The notes below the pieces were generated by a model. The model saw only the letters and a program-made list of their open reading frames with translations, was not told where the DNA came from and made no database searches. From an uncultured Verrucomicrobia subdivision 3 bacterium (GTDB lineage Bacteria > Verrucomicrobiota > Verrucomicrobiia > Limisphaerales > UBA11358), in the NCBI GenBank assembly GCA_903833055.1, contig CAILDU010000143.1, positions 1-53,725 on the forward strand: a stretch of DNA of 53,725 bases, in the 5' to 3' direction. Made by a program: the position numbers and the translations under genes. Shown in pieces: positions 43,455 through 53,725 of this stretch; the first letter of the stretch is position 1; every line of letters starts with the position of its first letter.

Positions 43455-45632
43455 TTAATATGGCAGCGGAAATTTCGCCGTCAACTCGCGCACGCGGTCG
43501 CGGACTTTGTGCGCCGCGTCCACGTTTTTGATGTCCATCAACACTTCAGAAATCATGTCGGCGATCGCGGCCATCTCCGCTTCCTTCATGCCGCGCGTTG
43601 TGCAGGCCGGCGTTCCCAAACGAATGCCACTGGCCTGAAACGGTGAGCGCGTCTCGAACGGAATCGTATTTTTGTTCGTCGTGATTCCCGCTTCGTCCAA
43701 AGCAATCTGGCAATCTTTGCCGGTAATGCCTTTCGCGCCAACGTCCACGAGCATCAAATGATTATCCGTGCCGCCGCTGACGAGGCGATAGCCGTTGCGT
43801 TTCATGCCGTCCGCAAGCGCGGCGGCGTTCTTCACAATTTGCTGCTGATACGATTTGAAGCTGGGCTGCAACGCTTCGTTAAAGCAAACGGCTTTCGCGG
43901 CGATGACGTGTTCCAGCGGTCCGCCTTGAATGCCGGGAAAAATGTTCGAGTCAATTTCCTTCGCGTATTTTTCGCGCGTCAAAATCAAACCGCCGCGCGG
44001 CCCGCGCAACGTTTTGTGCGTCGTCGTCGTCACGAAATCCGCATGCTCCATCGGGCTCGGATGCACGCCCGCCGCGACGAGACCCGCGATGTGCGCGATG
44101 TCCGCGAGCAGATACGCGCCGACTTCGCGCGCGATTTCGCCCATGCGTTTGAAATCAATGATGCGGGGATACGCACTCGCGCCGATGGTGATCATCTTCG
44201 GCTTGTGTTCACGCGCCATCGTCGCGATTTGATCGTAATCAATCCGCTCCGTTTCCTTGCTCACGCCGTAATGAACAATCTCAAAAAACTTGCCGGAGAA
44301 ATTTGCCTTGTTGCCGTGCGTCAAATGGCCGCCGTGGCTCAAATCCATCGTCAACATTTTGTCGCCCGGTTTCAGCACGGAAAAATAAACGGCCATGTTC
44401 GCGCCGGAACCGGAATGCGGCTGGACGTTCGCGTGTTCCGCGCCGAAAAGTTTCTTCGCGCGGTCAATCGCGAGTTGCTCAATCGTGTCAATGTTTTCGC
44501 AGCCGCCATACCAGCGTTTCTTCGGATAGCCTTCGGCGTATTTGTTCGTCAGCACCGAACCTTGCGCTTCCATCACGGCGGGCGAAGTGAAATTTTCCGA
44601 GGCGATTAACTCAATATTTTCCTGCTGGCGCGTGCGTTCATGGTCAATCGCCGTCGCGATTTCTGGGTCAACATTCGCGAGGCGCAAATTCGCGGCGGGA
44701 AATTTGGAGTCCATTTTCAACACGCGCCGTTCGTGGCGTCCGCCTTCAAATTTAGCCTTGATGAACGCGTCGAGAATTTTTTTACCAAGTTCAGCGGAAG
44801 TTTTTTTGCCGCTTAAACAAAGGACATTTACGTCATTGTGCTGGCGCATCATGCTCGCGGTTTCCACATCCTCGGCCACGCCCGCGCGGACGCCGGTGAC
44901 TTTATTCGCGGTGATGCAGATGCCCACGCCGCTGGTGCAAACGAGCAAACCGAGTTCGGCTTTGCCATCCGCGACCGCTTGCGCGACCGGCTTGGCGAAG
45001 TCGGGATAATCATCCGCCGGATCTTTGGTCGTCGCGCCAAAATCGCTGACCGTCAATCCGCGTTCACGCAAAAATGCCTTGAGCGATTCCTTGAGTTCCA
45101 GTCCGCCGTGATCCGCGCCGAGCGCGAAATTAATGACGGCCGAGGACGATTGATTTTGATTCTTCGACAGGAAGTTGTGTTGTTCCATAAATTTCAAAAG
45201 CGTGACGATGCCTTGTTCGATCTGGTCGCGGCATTCGACATAAATATGATACGGGCTGCCAATCGGATCGCTGATGTCCTTTTCGTAAGGCTCCAGCGTC
45301 TCGTCAAATTCGCGCAGCAAAAAAGTTTTTTCCGCTGCCTTCGGATACAGCAGCGCCACCGTGTCCGTGTGGCTGTGCGTCATGCCCAAAATCAAATCCG
45401 CCGAGCGCACCAATTCCGACGTGAGCGCGCGACTGCGTTGATGGGAAATATTAATTCCAATTTCGCGCATCGCCTGCACCGAATGTTGCGTCGGCACTTC
45501 GCCGTCCACCGCGCCGATGCCCGCCGACACGATGCGGAACTCGCCACGGCCTTTGACGGCGTGACGGAAAAGTCCCTCGGCCATCGGGCTGCGACAGACA
45601 TTGCCGGTGCAAAGAAAAAGAATTGTTTTCAT
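43455..45632 (-). CDS. glyA: single-ORF fusion: LMW protein-tyrosine/arginine phosphatase + ribose-5-phosphate isomerase B + serine hydroxymethyltransferase
   Basis: The N-terminus has the [10 protein letters not shown]5R loop and a DISDP Asp. The middle has ALGADHGG...[13 protein letters not shown] (RpiB/LacAB). The C-terminus has LIASENFTS...[13 protein letters not shown] (SHMT PLP-Lys). There is no stop codon between modules. Confidence 0.8.
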   Translation of the reverse strand: MKTILFLCTGNVCRSPMAEGLFRHAVKGRGEFRIVSAGIGAVDGEVPTQHSVQAMREIGINISHQRSRALTSELVRSADLILGMTHSHTDTVALLYPKAAEKTFLLREFDETLEPYEKDISDPIGSPYHIYVECRDQIEQGIVTLLKFMEQHNFLSKNQNQSSSAVINFALGADHGGLELKESLKAFLRERGLTVSDFGATTKDPADDYPDFAKPVAQAVADGKAELGLLVCTSGVGICITANKVTGVRAGVAEDVETASMMRQHNDVNVLCLSGKKTSAELGKKILDAFIKAKFEGGRHERRVLKMDSKFPAANLRLANVDPEIATAIDHERTRQQENIELIASENFTSPAVMEAQGSVLTNKYAEGYPKKRWYGGCENIDTIEQLAIDRAKKLFGAEHANVQPHSGSGANMAVYFSVLKPGDKMLTMDLSHGGHLTHGNKANFSGKFFEIVHYGVSKETERIDYDQIATMAREHKPKMITIGASAYPRIIDFKRMGEIAREVGAYLLADIAHIAGLVAAGVHPSPMEHADFVTTTTHKTLRGPRGGLILTREKYAKEIDSNIFPGIQGGPLEHVIAAKAVCFNEALQPSFKSYQQQIVKNAAALADGMKRNGYRLVSGGTDNHLMLVDVGAKGITGKDCQIALDEAGITTNKNTIPFETRSPFQASGIRLGTPACTTRGMKEAEMAAIADMISEVLMDIKNVDAAHKVRDRVRELTAKFPLPY

Positions 45633-45709
45633 CCCAAACGCGGACAGAAAAGGTGATTGTTCGGAGGCAAATCGTCAATGCGAAAGGTAGTATCCAAACT
45701 TGGCGTGAA

Positions 45710-46105
45710 TTATTGATATACAATCGCCTTGGCTCGGAATACTGCCCTGCTGCCACCGTGCCCCATTTGAAAGTCACTGCCTAGATTAGCATTCAAAATC
45801 ACGATTGCATCAGCTCCTAATAGACGGGCTTTTTCAGCCATTCCTTTGGTCATGTCTATTTCTTCTTTAGCCGCCCCTTCACAAGTAAGAAATGCAATTG
45901 GCTTATTGGCTTTGGCGGTAGGGCTAGATTCTTCAATTATAATATCCACTTTCATTGAAGGTGAACGCGGGGTCGCATCAATCATCAAGACATTTACGCG
46001 GTTCAAACATTGCATTTCCCTGTGAGTAAGTTTGTGACCGTCAGTTGTGTGAGTTGTGCAACCAGCGACAAAGAGCAATACAGCAAAGGTGATTATTTTT
46101 CTCAT
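45710..46105 (-). CDS. hypothetical lipoprotein (AT-rich gene)
   Basis: MRKIITFAVLLFVAGC signal peptide plus lipobox. AT-rich relative to neighbours. I prefer the start at 46105. Confidence 0.55.
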   Translation of the reverse strand: MRKIITFAVLLFVAGCTTHTTDGHKLTHREMQCLNRVNVLMIDATPRSPSMKVDIIIEESSPTAKANKPIAFLTCEGAAKEEIDMTKGMAEKARLLGADAIVILNANLGSDFQMGHGGSRAVFRAKAIVYQ

Positions 46106-46212
46106 AAATAGATGGGATACTTGCCTAGTGGTTGTAGTCAACGAAGATTTTGTGCGGCGACACTATGAATTTTCAGAAAGTGAATTTCAAATTTGGACGC
46201 TATCATGCGAAA

Positions 46213-46899
46213 TCAACCGCGCGCCGGTTGCAGCGCCGCCAGCGCCTTGAACAAATCCAGCGCCCGCGCCAGTGCGGGATCGCGGACGACCGGCACGCTC
46301 GGCGCAACGCGCGGCGTGGCGGAACTGTCTTCATCGCCATCTTTCACGCGCTGACGAACGAGATCGTCCTCACTCGTGTGATCCACAAACTCCGCGAATT
46401 CATTGGTCGAAACCGGCGTCACATTTTTTGGCGCGACCGGAATGAAGAACGGATTTGCGAGAAAATTAATTTCGTCCGCACTCGAAACTGTCACCGCGAT
46501 GTCGGGAATTTTTCCGGAAAAATTGGTGCTGCCGACCAAAATGCCTTCGCCCGCCGACCGCAAATCCACCGCCAAATCCGCCGCCGCCCCGCGCGTCTGG
46601 CCGTTGACGAGGATGACCAGTGGAATTTTTTTGGCCGCAAAAAAACCGCTCGCCGCCGCCACCGCGTTCTTGTCGCCGTCCGCCGCGCGCAGGTCGAGAA
46701 TGATGCCGGCCAGTTTATTCGTCGGCTGCGCGGCGAGAAAATCCCGCCCAAAATCGGACGTCAAATGTGCGACACGCAACCGCAGCACATCACTATCCAG
46801 CAGCGAAGCGGACAGCGCCGCCGTTTCGCCCGCGCCCGCGCGCGCGCTGATTTGCGTGGCAAAAATAATTGCCCAAAGAATAAAAAACGGACGAATCAT
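46213..46899 (-). CDS. S41-peptidase-like secreted protein, probably non-catalytic
   Basis: Signal peptide MIRPFFILWAIIFATQISA. IILDLRAADGD and PLVILVNGQTRGAAADLA resemble the S41 core, but the usual Ser-containing SASA(S/A)E box reads TRGAAAD. The track start at 47136 reads through a repeat element. Confidence 0.5.
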   Translation of the reverse strand: MIRPFFILWAIIFATQISARAGAGETAALSASLLDSDVLRLRVAHLTSDFGRDFLAAQPTNKLAGIILDLRAADGDKNAVAAASGFFAAKKIPLVILVNGQTRGAAADLAVDLRSAGEGILVGSTNFSGKIPDIAVTVSSADEINFLANPFFIPVAPKNVTPVSTNEFAEFVDHTSEDDLVRQRVKDGDEDSSATPRVAPSVPVVRDPALARALDLFKALAALQPARG

Positions 46900-47034
46900 G
46901 TCCCGCCAAATTGCGCCATGAACCTGCGAAAGTAAAGTGGCTTGCGCGCAAGTTTCGGTTGTCCTGTTCAACCGCGAAATACACGAACCACGCGAACATG
47001 AAGCAATGTTCCAAGGGAACATTTGAAAATAGCC

Positions 47035-47173
47035 CGGCATTTTAATGCCGGGTTGAACCCGCAAAGATTTTAAGTCCCGCAGGGACGGCTGACGTTTCCG
47101 GTCGTTCCTGCGGGACTTTATCTTTTCACCGCGCACCCGGCGTTGAAACGCCGGGCTATTTTCATTTTGTCTC
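47035..47173. repeat. nested-hairpin REP/MITE-like element (139 nt)
   Basis: The outer inverted repeat is GAAAATAGCCCGGC (47035-48) with GCCGGGCTATTTTC (47160-73). Inside are three hairpins: CCCGGCAT-ttta-ATGCCGGG, AAGTCCCGCAGG...CCTGCGGGACTT (47082-93 with 47117-28), and CCCGGCG-ttgaaa-CGCCGGG. Confidence 0.7.
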
Positions 47174-47195
47174 TTCGAGACGTGGCGGTGCTGGT

Positions 47196-49685
<2,490 letters not shown>

Positions 49686-49698
49686 TTAAAACGCGCGC

Positions 49699-49977
49699 AT
49701 GAAACACAATTCTTATTTTGAAGGCAAAGTCCAGAGTCTCGCCATCGGCACGTCCGACGGTCCGGCGACCGTGGGCGTGATTGAACCCGGCAAATACAGC
49801 TTCGGCACGGATTGCATCGAACATATGCACGTCGTGGTGGGCACGCTCAAGGCCAAATTGCCCGATGGCGACTGGCAAAGCTACTGCGCGGGCAAATTTT
49901 TTATCGTGCCGCGCGGCGTGAAGTTTGAAGTCGAAGCCGTTGGCGATGTCGCCTATCTCTGCTACTACAAACGGTGA
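49699..49977 (+). CDS. ppnP: pyrimidine/purine nucleoside phosphorylase (DUF1255)
   Basis: 92 aa; the MKHNSYFEGKVQS start and cupin-like sequence are typical of PpnP/YaiE. Confidence 0.8.
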   Translation: MKHNSYFEGKVQSLAIGTSDGPATVGVIEPGKYSFGTDCIEHMHVVVGTLKAKLPDGDWQSYCAGKFFIVPRGVKFEVEAVGDVAYLCYYKR

Positions 49978-50000
49978 AGTTAAAACTAAATTCAACTGAA

Positions 50001-50038
50001 CTGCCGGACGAAAATAATTTCGTCCGGCAGTTTTTTTA
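50001..50038. terminator. rho-independent terminator between convergent ppnP and cobA-hemD
   Basis: CTGCCGGACGAA-aataa-TTTCGTCCGGCAG followed by TTTTTTT. Confidence 0.8.
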
Positions 50039-51556
50039 TTTCGTCGCTTTGAGCAACGCGGCAATCAAACCGTCCGTCGTGTGCTCCTTCGCTTCGAGCG
50101 TCGGTTTTAATCCAAGCGCGATAATCGCCTTGCTCGTTTCCGGGCCGATGGAGGCGAGTTTCATTTGCGGAAATTGTTTCACCAGCTTCGGCAAATCGAA
50201 GCGCGCGTGAAAATGTTCCACCGTTGAACTGCTGGTGAACGTCACCCAATCCGCGCCGTCGGCGAGCAGGCGTTCGCTCGCGCCGGTGTGGTCTTCGGTT
50301 TCAGGAATGGTTTTGTAAATCGCGATGTCGTCCACGATCGCGCCTTCTTCCTGCAACGCGTCCGGCAATTCCTTGTTCGCCACTTCGGCGCGCAGCAGAC
50401 ACATTTTCACGCTCTCGATGTTTTGAAATTTCTTGAACGCATCGGCGACTTTGCTCGCGGTAAATTCTTCCGGCTGCAAATCCACTTGCAGATGCAGCTC
50501 GCGCAATTTCGCCGCCGTCGCCGGGCCGACCGCCGCGATGCGCGCGCCGCCGATATCGCGCAAATCTTGAAAGCGTTTGAAGAACAAATCGAAAAACGCC
50601 GTTACGCCGTTTGCGCTTGTAAAGACAAGCCATTCGTAAGAATTCAATTCCAGCAGACAATCAATGATGGCGTCTTTTTCCGTCGGCAATGTAAGTTTGA
50701 TCGTTGGCACTTTCAAAACATCCGCGCCGAGTTCCGCGAGGCGTTGCGCGAACGTGGCGGCTTGTTCCGAACGGCGCGTGACGACGATGCGCTGGCCGAA
50801 TAGTGGACGATTTTCAAACCAGTTTAATTTTCCGCGCAGCTTCACCACGTCGCCGATGATGGTGAGCGCGGGCGGAACAATTTTTTCTTTTGCTGCGAGC
50901 GCGGCAATCGTTGCGAGCGTGCCCGCCACGGTTTTTTGCCGACCCGTCGTGCCGCGATGAATTATTGCGATGTGCGTCTGCGGCGACATTCCATTTTTGA
51001 TGAGCGCAGTTGTCCAATCGTCCAATTGTTCCGTGCCCATTAGCACGACTTTCGTGCCGGGAATTTTGGCGATTTGATCGTAGCGCAAGGCCGTCGCCGC
51101 GTCCGCCGAATCGCTGTGGCCGGTGAAAACGGTGAAGCTGGAACAATGGTCGCGGTGTGTGAGCGGAATGCCCGCGTAATTCGGCACGGCGGTGATGGAC
51201 GAAACGCCGGGGACGATTTCAAAGGAAATTTTTTCCGCCGCAAGCGCCTCGGCTTCTTCGCCGCCGCGTCCGAAAATAAATGGATCGCCGCCCTTGAGCC
51301 GCACGACAATTTTTCCTTCGCGTGCCTTGGCGATGATGAGCGCGGTGATTTCAATTTGCGGCATCGCCATATTTTTGCCGCGCGAAATAAATTCAGCGGT
51401 GGCGGGCGCGAGCCGGAGCAAATCGGGATTGGCGAGCGCGTCGTAAATGACCACGTCCGCGCGCTTGAGCAATTCCGCGCCGCGCAACGTGAGCAAGCCC
51501 GCGTCGCCCGGTCCCGCGCCGACTAAATAAACTGTGCCTTTGGATTTCACGCACAC
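50036..51556 (-). CDS. cobA: bifunctional uroporphyrinogen-III C-methyltransferase / uroporphyrinogen-III synthase
   Basis: VYLVGAGPGDAGLLTLRG and GGDPFIFGRGGEE (SUMT) at the N-terminus, plus a HemD-like C-terminal half. Consistent with siroheme supply for CysI. Confidence 0.85.
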   Translation of the reverse strand: MCVKSKGTVYLVGAGPGDAGLLTLRGAELLKRADVVIYDALANPDLLRLAPATAEFISRGKNMAMPQIEITALIIAKAREGKIVVRLKGGDPFIFGRGGEEAEALAAEKISFEIVPGVSSITAVPNYAGIPLTHRDHCSSFTVFTGHSDSADAATALRYDQIAKIPGTKVVLMGTEQLDDWTTALIKNGMSPQTHIAIIHRGTTGRQKTVAGTLATIAALAAKEKIVPPALTIIGDVVKLRGKLNWFENRPLFGQRIVVTRRSEQAATFAQRLAELGADVLKVPTIKLTLPTEKDAIIDCLLELNSYEWLVFTSANGVTAFFDLFFKRFQDLRDIGGARIAAVGPATAAKLRELHLQVDLQPEEFTASKVADAFKKFQNIESVKMCLLRAEVANKELPDALQEEGAIVDDIAIYKTIPETEDHTGASERLLADGADWVTFTSSSTVEHFHARFDLPKLVKQFPQMKLASIGPETSKAIIALGLKPTLEAKEHTTDGLIAALLKATK

Positions 51557-51652
51557 AGTCTATTCGCGGAAAGCCGTCAGGGCAATTGAGAGATTCAGCC
51601 GCGCCGGATTTTTCAATTTGCGATTGCGCTGCCGGGTGATTAAATTGGAACC

Positions 51653-51826
51653 ATGACTGAATCGCAAAAACGATTGAAGCGGATCATGAAGGATGCGCTC
51701 CGCATTCAGGATCGTTTTGCCGCCGAACCCGTGCTTGCGCGAACGGGTAAAGGTTATCTCAAGAGCGAAGGCGTTGGGACGCTGCAACGCATCAAGGCCG
51801 GTTTGAGAAAATCGGCGGCGCACTAA
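51653..51826 (+). CDS. possible small basic protein (57 aa), below the ORF-track cutoff
   Basis: ORF MTESQKRLKRIMKDALRIQDRF... sits 16 nt upstream of the 132-aa ORF. No obvious SD. Confidence 0.3.
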   Translation: MTESQKRLKRIMKDALRIQDRFAAEPVLARTGKGYLKSEGVGTLQRIKAGLRKSAAH

Positions 51827-51842
51827 ATCCTAAATTGTTTCC

Positions 51843-52241
51843 ATGCCGCACTTCGTCAAACCTTGGCTCGCGGCCTTTGACTGGAATTTTGTCACGGAAA
51901 TCAATCGCGGACTTTGCCGGCAAAAGAACGCGCTGCACAAACCCACTTCCGACGGACATCTGCCTGCCAAAACTCTTTGGGAGAAAAATCAATTTGTTGA
52001 ACTCGCCTTGGCCGATGCGCTTGACGTTTGTCTGAAATGTCACCGGCTCGCGCCGTTTTGTTTTTACAACGGGAATACTTTTGCCGCCATCGCGCGCGAC
52101 TTCATTGCGGAACTATCACCCGGACTGGCCGCCGACCAGACGCACATTTTGCGCAGTATTGCCGGGCATATTGTGGCGGGGACGGCGACGGACATTGAAC
52201 GGAAACAACTGGATGACATGCTGGCGGCTTTGGAAAAATAA
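51843..52241 (+). CDS. hypothetical protein
   Basis: 132-aa ORF. It contains PFCFYNGNTFAAIAR, which only loosely resembles a Fic/Doc HxFx(D/N)(A/G)N(K/G)R loop and lacks the His. Confidence 0.4.
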   Translation: MPHFVKPWLAAFDWNFVTEINRGLCRQKNALHKPTSDGHLPAKTLWEKNQFVELALADALDVCLKCHRLAPFCFYNGNTFAAIARDFIAELSPGLAADQTHILRSIAGHIVAGTATDIERKQLDDMLAALEK

Positions 52242-52488
52242 ACTGGCCGGAATTTTATTGCGGAGTCAAAGGTGTAATTGGCGTCAGCGTTTTTCTATCT
52301 TTCACCCAACCTAAAATAATTTCAAAAAAGTATTGCAATCAATTTGGCATTTGATAATTTCACCGCTCCTCGCCGCCCGAAAGGATGGCAGGACAGCATT
52401 GTTTGTGAACCGATAACTGATTCCCTCCTTGGGACAGGATTGATGGCTCGCTGACTTCAAAAAGTTGCTGAAAAAAACTTTAGTTATT

Positions 52489-53343
52489 ATGCCCGTAAAA
52501 ACATTTAGACCGCTAACGCCGTCCACGCGATACATCACGATCGCGGACTTTAGCGACATTACGAAGACGAAGCCGGAGAAGTCGCTTGTGGAAATCCGCA
52601 AGAAGACTGGCGGCCGCAATATGTATGGTCGCGTCACTGCGCGCGGCATCGGCGGCGGTCACAAACAAAAAATCCGCCTCGTAGATTTCAAGCGCAACAA
52701 GCACGGCGTCGAGGCGACGGTCGCGGCGATTGAATATGATCCGATGCGTTCGGCTCGTCTCGCGCTCCTCGAATACAAAGACGGCGAGAAGCGTTATATC
52801 ATCGCGCCGGTCGGCGTGACGGTCGGTCGCATCATCTCCAGTGGGCCGACGGCTCCGCCGGAAGTTGGCAATTCTCTTCCGCTCAAGGCGATTCCGGTCA
52901 GCACGGCGATTCACAATTTGGAACTGCAGCCCGGCCGTGGCGGCCAGATGGTTCGTTCCGCCGGCGGTTCGGCGACCTTGATGTCCAAAGACGAAGGTTA
53001 CGCGCAAATCCGTTTGCCCTCAGGCGAAATCCGCAAGATCAACGAAGAGTGCTACGCGACCATCGGCCAGGTCGGCAACACGGAACACGAAAACGTCATT
53101 CTCGGCAAGGCGGGGCGCACCCGTCATCGCGGTCATCGCGGTATTACGCGCGGTGTGGCGCGCAACCCGGTGGACCATCCGAACGGCGGCGGTCAGGGCA
53201 AATCCAAGGGCGGCGGCGGCTGGCAGCAGCTCGTTTCGCCTTGGGGCAAAGTCGCAAAGGGCGGCAAGACCCGCGCGAAATACAAGGCTTCAAACCGGTT
53301 CATTGTTGTTCAACGCAATGGCCTGCCGATGAAAAATAAATAA
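52489..53343 (+). CDS. rplB: 50S ribosomal protein L2
   Basis: The MPVKTFRPLTPSTR start, RNMYGRVT and GGG...HP.GGG motifs. Confidence 0.95.
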   Translation: MPVKTFRPLTPSTRYITIADFSDITKTKPEKSLVEIRKKTGGRNMYGRVTARGIGGGHKQKIRLVDFKRNKHGVEATVAAIEYDPMRSARLALLEYKDGEKRYIIAPVGVTVGRIISSGPTAPPEVGNSLPLKAIPVSTAIHNLELQPGRGGQMVRSAGGSATLMSKDEGYAQIRLPSGEIRKINEECYATIGQVGNTEHENVILGKAGRTRHRGHRGITRGVARNPVDHPNGGGQGKSKGGGGWQQLVSPWGKVAKGGKTRAKYKASNRFIVVQRNGLPMKNK

Positions 53344-53346
53344 TTT

Positions 53347-53628
53347 ATGGGACGCTCGATTAAAAAAGGCCCGTTTGTAGAAGCCAGTCTGCTGGAGAAA
53401 ATCCTGAAGGCGAAGGCGGCCAACCAGAAGACGCCGATTAAGACCTGGTCGCGCCGCTCGACGATTACGCCGGAGTTTGTCGGCCTGACGTTCACCGTTC
53501 ACAACGGCAAAGTTTTTAACCCGGTTTTCATCACGGAAAACATGGTCGGTCACAAGTTGGGGGAATTCTCCCTGACGCGCACGTTCAAGAAGCACGGCGC
53601 CCACACCGCGAAGGCGGAAGCCAAATAG
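53347..53628 (+). CDS. rpsS: 30S ribosomal protein S19
   Basis: [11 protein letters not shown]...[13 protein letters not shown]...HNGK canonical S19 sequence. Confidence 0.95.
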   Translation: MGRSIKKGPFVEASLLEKILKAKAANQKTPIKTWSRRSTITPEFVGLTFTVHNGKVFNPVFITENMVGHKLGEFSLTRTFKKHGAHTAKAEAK

Positions 53629-53633
53629 TTTTT

Positions 53634-53725
53634 ATGGAAGTTTTCGCCATCACCAAAAATATCCCGATGTCCGCGCAGAAGATGCGCGAAGTCGTGCGGC
53701 AGATCCAAGGATTGCCGGCGTTGCA
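53634..53725 (+). CDS. rplV: 50S ribosomal protein L22 (5' partial, runs off the window)
   Basis: MEVFAITKNIPMSAQKMREVVRQIQG matches the L22 N-terminus and its position after rpsS. Confidence 0.8.
   Translation, partial: MEVFAITKNIPMSAQKMREVVRQIQGLPAL

Noticed and set aside
46900-47136. N-terminal extension of the S41-like ORF (track start at 47136)
   Set aside because: It reads through the nested-hairpin repeat element. A proper signal peptide begins at the Met at 46899.
52311-52649. 112-aa minus-strand ORF overlapping the rplB start
   Set aside because: It is antisense to a highly conserved ribosomal protein gene and its leader, and has no motif support.

Overview
GC-rich bacterial chromosomal window. 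The protein repertoire looks PVC/Verrucomicrobia-like, but that is inference only. Most of it is housekeeping: aroE, pilD, a DUF748 giant protein, a minus-strand sulfate-assimilation operon (cysI-cysH-cysD-cysN), UbiA/EboE-like genes, MTHFS, rarA, a 6S-like RNA, two tandem hybrid PAS histidine kinases, alaS, pckG, a P1B metal ATPase, lacI-family regulator, nadK, tlyA, two pilT paralogs, arfB, an LMW-PTP/RpiB/SHMT fusion ORF, ligA, ppnP, cobA-hemD and rplB-rpsS-rplV. I found no rRNA, tRNA, CRISPR array, transposase or integrase.

The most unusual signal is a set of transposase-less gene cassettes bounded by inverted arrays of three CAC(G/A)GAT motifs spaced about 10 bp apart and flanked by TA:
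- Cassette A, 7845-8282: carries a GxxExxY/PD-(D/E)XK-like gene and sits inside the cys operon.
- Cassette C, about 15491-17911: AT-rich cargo with a roughly 115-nt GC-rich rod-like hairpin, an EcoRI-family adenine methyltransferase and a DUF262-HNH nuclease. It lies next to hicAB.
- Cassette D, 34352-35594: has perfect 30-bp inverted repeats and carries an orphan 350-aa polytopic membrane protein. It is inserted exactly on the overlapping stop codons of two convergent genes.

A fourth mini-cassette (6460-6887) carries a four-helix-bundle protein of the 23S-rRNA-IVS/Avd family. It sits between cysD and cysN and is flanked by inverted heptamer arrays.

Related-looking heptanucleotide tandem arrays (4-5 copies each) are embedded in frame in three unrelated housekeeping CDSs: the EboE-like gene, the MidA-like methyltransferase (three arrays) and ligA. 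The same GCGAATT unit occurs at two loci 29 kb apart.

Other items worth a look are a nested-hairpin REP/MITE-like element, a His-rich secreted mini-protein, and small ORFs below the ORF-track cutoff. All family assignments come from reading motifs by eye. No database search was run.
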